A stretch of 62,897 bases of DNA, filler included, from Bigelowiella natans CCMP2755 (lineage: Eukaryota; Protista; Cercozoa): NCBI GenBank assembly GCA_000320545.1. It is 7 parts of 7 records of this genome, joined end to end, with 100 filler letters (N's around TTAATTAATTAA, not from the genome) between each part and the next. Parts side by side here need not be neighbours in the genome. Positions count along the whole stretch, not along the records: positions 1 to 22,729 come from ADNK01000575.1; positions 22,830 to 40,020 come from ADNK01001537.1; 5 more parts are not named here. One strand, given 5' to 3'. Under the pieces are notes generated by a model that was not told where the DNA came from, made no database searches, and was given only the letters and a program-made list of their open reading frames with translations. Position numbers and translations under genes: made by a program. Of the stretch, positions 21,096 to 34,411 are shown in pieces. Each line of letters opens with the position of its first letter. The stretch's first letter is position 1.

Positions 21096-21525
21096 TCGGC
21101 GAGAACTACATTAGGGGACAGCATGATGAACATGATTTTATTGACGCAGATTAGCTCCCATTTCCTAGATGCAAATGGAGGACATCATCGTTTGACTTAC
21201 CATGTAACAACTGTACTCGCCATGCGTGCATGCGTGTGTTTGTGCGCTCGACTCACATGCAGTCACGGGTTGTAGGTGTCAACGTAGCTAGGTAGATGCC
21301 ATGTGATGAACAATGGTAGAAGACATGTTTCTTGCACATGTTCATTTTATAATTTTTGCACGCGCATGTGCACTGCACAATGCACAGTGAGTTGCATGCG
21401 CAAAGCAACAGTGCATGCAACAACGCGTGCAGAGCCAAGGCAAAACAGAACTCACAAACCTGGTCCGCCTTGTAGCGATGGCACGAAGGAATCGCAGCCA
21501 GCAGCGCATGACGCTCATCAGTGTT

Positions 21526-21569
<44 letters not shown>

Positions 21570-21836
21570 GCTCAGTCGGACAGAGTCCAGAGCGCAACAA
21601 GGAGTGAATGATGAAATGAAGTGTTTCCAATGACGGTGCGGCTGAAAATGAATGTATGGGAAACCAGGAAACCCATGAAAAATGGTTACAAATCTCGAGT
21701 CGTAGTCGAGAAATCCCCCGTCTCGCGCCCTTGCACCTGTACATGCAGGGCTACTGCACACCAACTGAAGAGCGTGTTGCGGAGGCTGGGCGACTTCCAT
21801 ACAAGTTGAAATACATGCGGTTTTTGCCCCTGCGAC

Positions 21837-22292
21837 ATGGGATTCGACGAGTACGTCTTAGTACGAGTGGTGCAGTACCGGTCAGCTAAGATGAAAAATC
21901 AAGTGGAAATCAGTTTGCAGTTACCATTTGGAGAACACGACTGACTTCGGGGGTCCGCCATGTGTGAGCGGAGCTATTCTCTCATCCTTACAGCCTTTCT
22001 GTGGCTGCTGCAGCATGGAAGTGTCCATTCAGCGGTACCTACCATACAACGAGCATGGGCACAACGGGGGGGTTCGAATAGCGGTCGCGTCGCGTCGCTG
22101 TTGGGTGTGATTCTGTTTATTCTTTCTACTCGTTAGGTCTCTGATAACGAGGATGCGGTGTATCTAGCTGGGTATGAGGGGGGTGATGCATATTACATTG
22201 ATACGGAAGGCTCTAAGCGCGTAGAAACGGATCGACTCAAAAGACGAGTGAAAACCCTTGGCATTGACGAAAGCGATAACGTCGTAGTGCAG
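21837..22292 (+). CDS. 5' exons of a small uncharacterised protein (probably the same gene as 20744-21095)
   Basis: Four GT-AG exons give MGFDEYVLVRVVQYRYHLENTTDFGGPPCPFCGCCSMEV...AVYLAGYEGGDAYYIDTEG...DNVVVQ. This ends in phase 0, which is compatible with the exon at 20744. Confidence 0.5.
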
Positions 22293-22478
22293 GTTGATTA
22301 GTCGCACGCATTACTGTTTCAAGTTGTTCGAACAAGATGGTGGTGTTGTTGATGATGATGTTGATGAATGTGGTTGGTGATAAGATTCATGTGAATCGAT
22401 GATAATGAGTGAAACGGGACCGAATGTTGGAACATCGAATAACCCTTGGATGATAATATCGCCCTAAACACAAACACA

Positions 22479-22642
<164 letters not shown>

Positions 22643-22644
22643 TG

Positions 22645-22729
22645 TGGAATGGGAGAGATCTTCCGCAAGGTATTAACTGAAGATCATCGAATTCATATGC
22701 GCAATTGGATTTGCTGGGAAATTGGGAGC
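22645..22729 (+). repeat. 85-bp exact direct copy of 20800-20884 at a contig end
   Basis: TGGAATGGGAGAGATCTTCCGCAAG...GGGAAATTGGGAGC occurs at both positions. Confidence 0.95.
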
Positions 22730-22829
22730 NNNNNNNNNNNNNNNNNNNNNNNNNNNNNNNNNNNNNNNNNNNNTTAATTAATTAANNNNNNNNNNNNNNN
22801 NNNNNNNNNNNNNNNNNNNNNNNNNNNNN
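22730..22829. other. Assembly spacer (N44-TTAATTAATTAA-N44); also at 40021-40120, 44051-44150, 50540-50639, 57372-57471 and 60594-60693
   Basis: Identical 100-nt pattern six times. The linker has stops in all six frames, and several genes are truncated at these joins. Confidence 0.98.
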
Positions 22830-22945
22830 TATCAGCACTAGTGCAGTGAGATACTATATTCGCCCGATTAAGTCACCATGGTTGGTAGTGTAGAGAGCAC
22901 GAAATGGAGGCCCCTGCATGTAGGAGAACAAGGCATGAAGCGAGT

Positions 22946-23002
<57 letters not shown>

Positions 23003-23699
23003 ACAACCGATTTCACTCATCGCTCTCCGATAAATGATGAATGAATCACCATGCTCAATAGTACATGTATTAAGGCTCCCTTAGGTTTAAAACAGGAGAT
23101 GTTCCTTTCCATTCCATCAGACTTGTAAATCAGAGCTACTAGGTCTACTACAAATGACACTGCTGCAGCTGCTGCTACTAAATACTACAAGCTATGACCA
23201 GGCCGTTCGATGGAGCCATGGGTGATGGCAGAAAGATACTGAGGTGTTGTTGAAATAGATAGTGTTAAGCAAGATGCTACTGTCATAGCGAGCATCATGA
23301 TAATGATAGTAACAATTAAAAATAAGGAAAATAGGAAAAATAGGAAGAGCACGTCGCGCTGCAATTTTTAGAGCTTCACGTACATGCAATGACGCCGCCA
23401 TGATGAAAAACAGCCGACACAACGCTGCCTACTGTGTACATGAACAATCGAGACTTCACCCCTGAGAAAACCATGCACTACTCTCAGTATTGAGCAATCA
23501 AGAATGCGGTTTCTTCAAATATTACTTCGTATGAAAAGACACACATACACGCACGCACGCACACACACACACACACACACACGCACACACGCACTAGCAA
23601 CTAATACAGTTTTTGTGCATACGCATACATGATCTAATCAGAAAAAATCAAAAGGCCTCGCAGCAGAGAGAGAAGATAACGTTTGGTTGTGGTTTTCGA

Positions 23700-23820
23700 G
23701 GTAATAGTGATAGCGACCAGAGAAGAAGTTGAGAACAGAGGGTTGGTGCCCCTTTGCATGGTATATTGCTTTCAGTGTGTCCACCATCGAAGATCCTTTG
23801 CTAGAGTTCATACCTGTAAA

Positions 23821-23859
<39 letters not shown>

Positions 23860-23903
23860 ACACAGTAAGATACTTCATCGACGAGATTATGATACATTGC
23901 GCG

Positions 23904-23942
<39 letters not shown>

Positions 23943-24741
23943 ATATATTAGTAAGCATATATTCATTTCTCTGTATTTACTTGTGTGTGTGTGCGTGTGT
24001 GTGCGCGCGCGCAATGTATCATAATCTCGTCGATGAAGTATCTTACTGTGAGCGATTCGTGCCATGTGGAATGGTTGCGACAACAGAATCCTGAGGAAGG
24101 TGAGGAGGAGGAAGAAGGAAGAGCAAGAAAGAAGCTTAAGAAAACAAAAACATAACCTCAGCTACAAAAAGCAAAAAGTCATCATCACCAATTTCCTACC
24201 ACATCGACTGCTCGCATAGTATCCGCCAGAACTTCTCCCCGAAGAAGTCGAATCGATTGAACATCTCCCTATTTTCGTGAGTAGCATCACAAAACACAGG
24301 AGGGGAACGATGGGGAGAAGATGAGATGAAACCGAGAAGACACCCGTCGTGATGACTGGAAGAGCTTCGTGGGAGATGCTCTCTTTCTCTCTCTCTCCCC
24401 TCCCCCCACCCCCCTCCCCTCTTTCTCTCTTTCTCTCTTTTGATAAGCTGATCAAGGGGATGCGGCAAAACACAGAAGCAAGCGTTGGTGACTGTATTGC
24501 ACTGGGGAGGTGCTGAATTCGATAGCCTCAAAAGTCTTTTCGGAGAACAAAAGAGATCCGCATCGATCGTTTCGTCTCTCGTATTATTACCAGGCTTCTG
24601 TGTACCAAATGCCAAAGCGAAGACCCTGCCTTTTCAGCATCGTGTGCTGGAAACTCTGCGCTGCGGACTTGGGGGATAGGAGAAAGGAGCACTCAGATGG
24701 AGCATACACACACGCACACACACACAAAGATAGATAGATAG

Positions 24742-24788
<47 letters not shown>

Positions 24789-26435
24789 AACAGGCACTCA
24801 CAGAAATATTCATGTGCGCTGGGCGTGTATGCGTGCGCGTCGTTTCAGACGTAGAACAAAACCGCTAAGGAGATGTTCCTGTTTAGATACTTCCCGCACA
24901 TTTTGAAGGCGGGAAGATCCGCGCCTTGTTAAGCAACAAAACACAGCATGCGATGATGCCGGTGGGCACCACTCATACACACACAAGGACATTTGGCGGT
25001 CGGAGATAACAACAACTATTGTATGCGCTCACCATAACGAGTCGGACTAGCGCCGGATGACCATCGAAGTGGACACGTCGAATGTTCAGAGAAACAGCTG
25101 CGCCAAAGGTATCATAATCGTCATCACCATCATCATCATCATCAACATCATCATTTTCATCATTATCCTCATCATCATCGTCGTTGTCGTCATCGCTCCA
25201 TTCGTTGGGTAGAATGGAAAAAGGGTCACGTAGATGACCATACCGTCATCAATCAATATTAGACTTTCTCATCGGTCAAACATCCATCGCTTCTACCATC
25301 GTGGACGATAACGGATACTGTCCCACGCGCCGAGTATTCCCTCAGCAGCCCAGGCTTCTTTATCTTGTGGTAGTGCATATATAAGAGTCAGCTTCAGAAG
25401 AAAAACTGCAACCGATGAGTCGGAATACAACAAGATCGTCCCTGGAAAGGGCGCGGAGAGGTCGCTGGAGCGTTTCGACGGCAGCATTAAGCAATAAAAC
25501 CAAAGAAGGACAAAACACCATCACCTTTTTTTTAAAAATACGAGAAAACAACGGCACAACCTCCATGCTCAGAGCCTGTGCATACTCCGAATTGAAAGCC
25601 GCAAGCTGTAATGAACCGCCGATTTGGATGGAAATGGGGGTAGATGAGGAAATGACGGCGCGGAGGCGAGATGCAAAGAGAACAAGAATGATTGCAGCAC
25701 GTGATACGGAGGAGGGGAGATAGAAAAGGGACAAAGACAGTAGTTGACACCGTTCGAATTCACTGGAGTAGCAGAATGGGCTACTGCAGGAGCAAAAAAA
25801 ACCAGCGCTACAACTACCGACGACAACGAAAAGACGACGATGAAAAGGACTGCTGCAGCGGCGTCCAATGATACTACACGCGTCGTCGTCATAACCTTTG
25901 ATTCGAGCGCCATCAGCTCATTTGTCAACATCAAGTCATCCATAACCTGTGCGGCGTAGCATCAAACACAAACAGCAGGAGGATATTTCTTCTTTCGATG
26001 CTTTCCTCTTCTTCTTCTTCTTCCTCTCCTTTTTTGATTGCACGCTCCCATGTTGTGTTTTTACTACTGCTCAGGGGCTTCTGCCTTCATAACGTCGAGG
26101 AGTCGAATGACAAGATGCGTAAACTTAACGTTGATTATTATCATTACTATTACTTTCAAATTTCCCCCGTTTCACTCCCAGCCACCCTCCAATCCTCCCG
26201 ATCCCCCCCCCCCCCCCCCCTTTTTCCCTCTACGCTCTATCAGTGTGATATACTTGTTCAAAATGTCGAACGAACAAAGAAGAAGTAACACACACGAGGA
26301 TATCGAAGATGCCGACAAACATACGTTTTCTCTGCGATCTTTCAGCAACGCCGCGTAGGTCTGTGCAGTGCGCTCCACCTCCTGGTAAAGCAAATTGTAA
26401 CGAGCAGAACTACCCTATCCCAACGGCACCGCCAT

Positions 26436-26474
<39 letters not shown>

Positions 26475-26597
26475 GTATGTATGTATATATCAACATTGCG
26501 TGTACTCATACAACGAATACCTGCCACGGAAGCAAGCAGTTCTTGTCCCACAAGTACCTATACGCCTATACCAATAGGCAGCAGTCCCCCATAATAA

Positions 26598-26633
<36 letters not shown>

Positions 26634-27169
26634 GCACAACGACGACAACCACAGCGAAGAGAAGATGCGGAGAGGGCGTAGAAGAATACGATGATAATTG
26701 AGACACGCGACGAGTAAAAGTAGCGATAAAGACAACGAGAATACGTTTAAGTATTAGAAGATATTTTTTGGTAAGATGAGCCAGCACAACCTCAATCAAA
26801 TCATGATTTTCTTGCTGTTTCTTCGTCAGCACCACCGACTTTGAATCCGCCGATAACCGCGCATCTTGTCAACGGGAAGATAGAATTCGTACGGAGAGGG
26901 GGACGGAGATGGAGGGAGAGAGGGGGAGAGCGAGAGAGAGAGAGGGAAAACAAGATATTTATCCTTGCTACCCATCGATGTTGTTTTTGTATTTTGTGTG
27001 TTTTTGGTTGGGATCATCCGCTCCCAGAACCTGAATCAAGTGCGTGAATGCGCTTTGTAATTTTCGCCTTCATCGACACCAGATGCTCCATGAATAGCTC
27101 TTCATACTGGCCGATGTTGATGGGTTGACACACACACACACACACACACAAAATTGCAGAGGATTATAT

Positions 27170-27216
<47 letters not shown>

Positions 27217-28259
27217 CATTTCTTGTTATGATGAGAGGACCTGCGAGTGTGTGTTTTCTCATTTTTTTGTTAACGTGCGTGTGTCGCTATTGGCTGCTGT
27301 TCCTAGGCGCAGTCACCTTCTTATCGAATTTCGCTCCAGCTTCCGCCTCGAGGTCAGGCCGATAGGGCAACGACGAGCAGACGACCTTCTCGACGGGCAC
27401 AGACGAACCGTGAGGAAGTAGAAGAAGAAGAAGAAGAAGAAGAAGAAGAATCAAAACGACGGTGAATGATGATATGATGTGTGTTTGCTGGACAATCTCG
27501 CAATACGAGGAAGTAGCGCTCCGTCGCGCTGATGGGGAACCACGGCCCTTTCTCCTCCTCCTCTCCATCGGCAGGATCAACCTGAAGTTTAAAAGTAGAG
27601 AGGGGGAGGGAGGGGGGGGGGGGATAACAGCGAATACATGGACGCAACGTACAATAGTGGTGGTGTGTGATGGTGGTGGTGGTTTGGTGGTGCGTGGCGG
27701 TGAAAACGGATGTGCTGCTATCTGGAATTCGGAAGGAGAGAGTTTCTTCGTGGGCAGTCCTTCCGCATGTATGTTAATAGTATCGTATACTACCGTAGTA
27801 GCACTTTTCCCAGATAAAATCTTTCCATAGAGCTTCCCTGAGTAAGGGCACAGGATGAACAAAAAAACACAAGGGATAAAAATCCTTCTATGTTTCTCTC
27901 TCTCAAACACACACACACACACACACACGCGTGCGCGCGCGCAAGCACTTAACCAACGAAAACCATACAAAAGCGATGGACGCGAGATCAGACCATAAGC
28001 AACTATGTGAGCTTTTCATGTCGCTGGCGACTACTTGGAGAGAAAGGAAATACCGGCTCAATTTATGCACAAATTTTCGACTACTACCATCATCGTGCTC
28101 CTTGCATCGTATGGTGACACTCACGTTAGGGCAAGCTGGAAAACCTGAAAGAAGAATCGTTTGGAGAGTAGAGTTGGAACCAAGTTTTCCTCTGCTTTAT
28201 GACTGGGGAAACACCCTCTGAAACCTCCTCCCCTCTCTTTGAGAAATAAAGAGAGAAAT

Positions 28260-28302
<43 letters not shown>

Positions 28303-29178
28303 GAGAGAGAATCATAACACCCAAGACATATATTTACACACGAGCACTTGTACTCGCATTCCACCACCTCCTCCGCCTCCTCCTTCCCCTACAACAACAA
28401 CAACAACAACAACAAAAACAACTACTACTACTACTACTGCTACCTCCATCCAAGGGATGCGACGTTACCGAAGTCACGAACTTATAGATCAATGGGCCCG
28501 CTGAATAACAGTCGTCAGCAGACATATCTCCTTCAAATTTTTGTCCCGGATTTTTATTAAATAGAAGCTCTAAAAGTGCTCACGACGTGTGCTACAAAAC
28601 TCCCAATTATTTCTGATAGTAATGCTGTCCTCCACCCCCCCCCCCCCCCCCCCTCTCCTTTGAGTAATGGAATTTTGGGTAAAACCTGGGCGAGGCTCGA
28701 TCGAAAAAAGGCAGAGGGGGGTGATGGGTGTGCGCTGATATTAGCTAATAATTGATAGATGAAGGAACCCCCATAAACGACGAGGAATGTGTTAAATACA
28801 CACACACACACACACACACCCACACCCACAATAAACCCAGACATATTGATAAAGTGTCTTGTGTGCCGCGTAAGAAATGGAGAGTCATATTTTCTATCCC
28901 GGGGTTGCTCTCCACCCCACGATAAGGAGGATCATTACTATCATCGTCGTTATCATCATCGTTATCATCTAAACCATCATCAAGCACGATTATCCGTAGA
29001 CAACAACAACAACAATAGAATATGAATGGCGGCAACTGGACGGTTTCTACCTGTTCTGTTGGTTCTTCGCATCTATTTGGACATGCTCGAGCGGTATCGT
29101 CAGCGATAGCACCTAAAGACAAAGTCCGAAAAATTAAATTCATGCATTTAAATATCAAAATATACAAGATGTAAAATG

Positions 29179-29249
<71 letters not shown>

Positions 29250-29400
29250 CTTTATCGCTACGAGAAGCTCTTCATCACCCACCACGTGGAAGGTCTTCTT
29301 GCTATTCGTTTCGCCATGTCTTTTATAGCTGTTGAATCTTAGTTCCACGCACTCGTTCCAGTGATTGGTGAAACTTTGGGGGTTTATTAGACAGAAGAGC
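23700..29400 (-). CDS. Unassigned multi-exon coding region (C-terminal extension of the calpain or a separate gene)
   Basis: Many short minus-strand GT-AG exons, e.g. EMFNRFDFFGEKFWRILCEQSMW|ILLSQPFHMARIAH|SMNSSKG, LAAFNSEYAQALSME and VMDDLMLTNELMALESK. No family recognised. Confidence 0.45.
23861..24050. repeat. Perfect 48-bp inverted repeat in an intron
   Basis: 23861-23908 (CACAGTAAGATACTTCATCGACGAGATTATGATACATTGCGCGCGCGC) is the reverse complement of 24003-24050. Confidence 0.95.
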
Positions 29401-29446
29401 GCGACAGCAGTTCATGCAGAAGGGGGGGGGGGGGGGACGAAGAGGG

Positions 29447-29489
<43 letters not shown>

Positions 29490-29633
29490 TATTAAGAGAG
29501 AAGCATATTGGAACACCGAAGCTACTTAATTTTTAGCTCTCAATACTGATTACCCAAGGAATCCGTCAGCGATATTCCTATCATATCCTATGCAATGATA
29601 AGTTGCATGGTAGAAACCAATATGTACATTAGT

Positions 29634-29674
<41 letters not shown>

Positions 29675-29799
29675 ACTTATATACATGTATAATATTTATG
29701 TGTGCGCGCGCGCGCGCTTGGTGTTACACATTTGTATTTGTGATCATTCTGCGACCCGCTGCATGCATATGCGATTGGAACCAAAACATGCCGATTGAT

Positions 29800-30351
29800 G
29801 CATACTCCACAAGTAGCAACAACAACTTCGTTACCCATATTCGAAATCGGAAGCACATTCTCGAACAAACGCTCATACCAAGACCGAAACCAGCCTTTTG
29901 CTTCAAAGGGGGGGGAAGGGGGGTGGGACGGGGTAAGGGGGAGGATTAGAGAAACGAAGTACCAGACACAACTTTGTAATTGTGACTTGCGAAATCACAG
30001 AGCAATGAAGACGATTCCTGCCGAGCGAATGAGCGAATGAAAAACAGGCATGAAATTCTACGCTAAACAGCATGTGCTCGCCTTCCTCCTACCTGGTCGC
30101 CCGAGCTGTTGCATTTGGAAGCACTTGTCGGAGAAAAGGTAGAAATGGGGGTGGATTTCGAATTGAAATCGGGCCTCGTAGCTGTGCAAACGACCTGCAA
30201 TTTGAATATGGGACTGTGCTGTGGCGCGTGGCCATTGTCGTAGTATTTGTCGTTACCCAAGGAGCAAATGGAAAGCACGTTGAAATACTCTTTCATGTCT
30301 TCGATTGGCATCCAAAAGATTCCTTCGTCCTAAGCGCCCAACATAAAGATG

Positions 30352-30389
<38 letters not shown>

Positions 30390-30678
30390 ACACGCGCGCG
30401 CGCGCGCGTATAAACAAACAGGTGCGCGTCGTCGAGCAACACTTTCGATGATTTGGTTGAAAAGCTGGTTTGGGTGGTTTTTTGGGCTTTGTACCAGGTC
30501 CACACGTAGGTTCTCTCTCGAATCAACCTCTGCAGAAACGATCGAACAATTGTATAAATGCAGCAACATTGGGAGAGCACACACGCACACACAGAGAGAC
30601 AAACATAAATGTAATGTTGTGGTGAACCCATCCCCTCTCTATTTCTCTCTCTCTCCTTGTCTGTCTGTCATTCTGTGC

Positions 30679-30749
<71 letters not shown>

Positions 30750-31074
30750 TGTTCCAACAACTAGGATCTTAGTACACACAACCTAGGGTAGACAACAGGT
30801 CGCTTCCGTCCGAAAAGGCCCCAACCCATGCCCTGCGCCCCTGGAATTTCAGCACAATGCTCTTATCTTCTAATCGTGAATCTCTAGTTGTCGAAGATCT
30901 GTCGAATATCTGTCTAATCATTATCACCCTAATCACCTCCCTCAAAACAAACCACCACCGCTACATGATACACCCCTGTCAGAATGCCAAGCTACCCATG
31001 GATTTCGCAGCTTCACTAAGTGACACATGTTTCCGCTGGTGTCCTTTACGGCCAGCACGTCAAGCACACTGATA

Positions 31075-31116
<42 letters not shown>

Positions 31117-31941
31117 CTATGAGGGGTCTTGATATAGCATTTGCTTTATGTCAAGAAGAAGTAGGTATTGTTTAATTTGACAACAAATATCCGTAGAGGG
31201 AGAGAGTAGATTGGAATCAAAGTTGTTAACACGGTAGCTTCCAAATGGCCCTCAATGGCGCTTTAGCACCCCAAGACAATGGGCATTAAAAACGACAATG
31301 ACGACGAGAACAACCACCTGTAAGCGTGCCCCTCGACAAGTCCAACGGCCTAGCGCGAAGCCCATCAGGACACAAGTTTGGAGGAATTTTCAGTTCGAAA
31401 ATGTCGAGCATTTTACGGCATAAATTATTACAACGAAAGGCAACAACCACCCAACATTTCTTGGGAGGCGTTTTCGATAGCTTTTGGCAGGTTGTACGGG
31501 GGATCTTATGCAGTGTATGGAAGGGCATTTGCAACCTTATAGAGACCGTTGTCTTTGTCTTGGAGGAACTTCGTTGAGACGCTGTGTGAAATAGCACCAT
31601 TTATACTCGATTGACAGCAATTCCAACACAATCTGCTGCATCTATAAATCTCGATGTCTTTCTCTTTTAATCAAACTTCGCTTTGCTATTGGGAACACTA
31701 CCCCTACCAACATAACCCCCATCAATACTACAACTGCTGCTGCTGCTGCTGCTGCTTCTACTACCACATAAGGCATTCATCCTTCTTGCATGCCTGAAGT
31801 CGTTCCCACGCCTCCCCAAAGCTCAGCTGGAGAGCAACAGATGACGGTCACAGACCACAATAGTGAGAGTGCATAATTCGTGGAGACGCTCAGCGTGGAA
31901 GCATCACAAATATGGAACGAAATAGAGGTGGAAACCATACG

Positions 31942-31976
<35 letters not shown>

Positions 31977-32191
31977 TACATTGATAATATGTAGATCTTC
32001 CCCCACTGTATGCTCGAAACTAGAAAACATGTTCCAGAAAGGAAAGTAACGGACGGAAGATGTCGGTGGCAAACCTGATCCAAGCGGAGCTGCTTGACAG
32101 GACACCCTGTCAGTTCGTGCAACGCCTTTTGTGTGTTATCATTTGGCCAACAGACAACATCAATAAGGACATAATCTACAACACTATTCCC

Positions 32192-32233
<42 letters not shown>

Positions 32234-32616
32234 ACGCTGAGAGCGACGAAGCAAAATCAGTCATATCCTAGCATTCATGATCTTGGTACCCATGACGCCA
32301 TGCCACCCTCAATGTTCTTGTAGCCTCCGTGCGCCTTTGCATAGGCCTTCTCAATGACTGAAACCCACAGCTCGTTGCTAGTAGATCCACAGAAGGCCAG
32401 CACGCCAGCTGTTGTGAGAAAACGTCATCTTCAACAATGTGTATAAAAAATGACGACGTGTCGCATCAGGCGGTGGCACCTTGCCACCTCTAAATAACCC
32501 TGAAGACACATGTCCCTACGACTGCTACCTTGGGGATCGACAGGAAACAGATCGTCGACGACGAGCGTCTTCCACTTTCCAGTCTGTGCGTGGAATATGT
32601 GGCATCATTTGTGTGT

Positions 32617-32655
<39 letters not shown>

Positions 32656-34375
32656 TGCTGTCAAACTGAAAAGGGAGGGCCAGTTATGAAGTCGGCAAGC
32701 GATGCTGCTGCCCCTGCAAGCAAGCCAGGCTCTCAGAGAGAGCTACATGTTAAAAGGCCGATGTACAGCATTTGTACGGTCGTCCTTAAAACATCGTCAT
32801 GATTTCTCCCTCGACATGTGTTCTGTCGAGGAAGCAAAATCAGTCCAAATTTTCTGGGACTCTATCTGAATGTACTATTTGTTCGAATTCTGCGTCCATG
32901 GGAGGGGGGGGGGGGGGGGGGGGATGGGGGGATATGTTGACAATGAATGGCATAATAATTTCGCCCACCTCGGCGATTCGGACGAGAAATTGGCCAGTTT
33001 TCATGTCGTCGTTCGAGCTGACCACAGCATGCACGCATGTGCAGCACACAAAGCGCACACATGAGAAGGCATCTATCAACAGTCACCCTCCTTTGTCATT
33101 CGCGTATTTCTGCTGCAGCGCGTCCCCGAGCTGTAGAAAACAGTGCGATTCGTAGGGAAAACACAACAACTACACATCCACCTTAAAAGCAAGTTGCGGA
33201 CTTGCTGTGGCTTAGAGGCAAGGACCTGGTTCATCAAAGAATAGAGAAGCAGACTTGAATAGAGGGTGGAGGGACTACTACATGCGCATACATGAATGTA
33301 CAGCTTACCGAAAGGCTTGAAAGAAACCAACAGTCTCCAATGCGGCCTGAACATATCGCAAAGTGAGAAGGAGCAATATATGCTACACAGATGTTGACTT
33401 CCGACACAGCCAAAGTATGACTTCTTCCACGACCTTGATAGATGTCGTCGGGGCTGATGCCGCCGCGCTCCCCCCTCACCAGAGTCCATGGCAAAAAGTT
33501 GTCACCTGCCCATTATATTTCGGAGGATATATGCATGCACGTCTCGACTCACAAGCTCGCACAAAATCAAAATGTTGTCTACTAATTCGATGTTTTTGTC
33601 GTTACAATTGTCCTAGTTGTGATCATCATCTGAAGCCTAACTTCTACCCATCCAATACCTCGCTTCATATACACTTACCGCTTTTGTTTTCTTCCTGTAT
33701 TTGCTCTCCACGTTCGTTCACACGCGAGAGGCCTTCTGCGAAGACAAAAAGTGGTTGGCATATCAATTCTTCGCCTTCCTTCTAGTTTTCTTTCTCATTT
33801 AGCTCCTCCCGCTACATGGCTGAGCGTGGTGGCCCTGCTAACATCTCGCACATACTTGGGAATTGCTCCGGCCTTCTCCAGACCTACGGCGGCGGCAAAG
33901 TCACAAGCGCGCACACCACGGCAAAAACACCCAACCGCCGAGTTTCAGTACCAGATTCTCACACGCAAACATTTGACAACGTTAATGATAAGACAACCAC
34001 GTGGGGAAACGCCTGAAGATTTTCCTTCATCTCGGAGCGCTTGGTGATGGATGCTGTAATAGTGTTATGCGTCTGTCATCACTTTCAAAATATATGTAGC
34101 AGGTTTTCCGCATGGAGCAGTTTCCCCAGCGGTTGCTCAATCAGAGCTACCCGTAGATGTCGATGGAAGGGTGGGGGGAGCACGAGAAATTACTACCAAT
34201 GTTCTCGTCAGTCGGGAGAAAACTTTTGTCTACAAAACGACAACTTGGACGTGTGCCGTCCCCTCCATAGCGCCGAAGCCAACGGTGCTAAGTGCGAAAG
34301 TGCGGGGGTTGGAAAAGTTAGAAATTAGTCGAATTTTCTCACCATAAAGTTAACGAATATAGTAATACAAATTAC

Positions 34376-34411
<36 letters not shown>

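Noticed and set aside
22730-22829. Recurrent TTAATTAATTAA palindrome within N runs
   Set aside because: Artificial six-frame-stop contig linker. Gene adjacency across the six gaps is not biological evidence.
24196-24280. FNRFDFFGEKF resembling AMP deaminase FHRFDKFN
   Set aside because: Flanking motifs are absent or in the wrong order.
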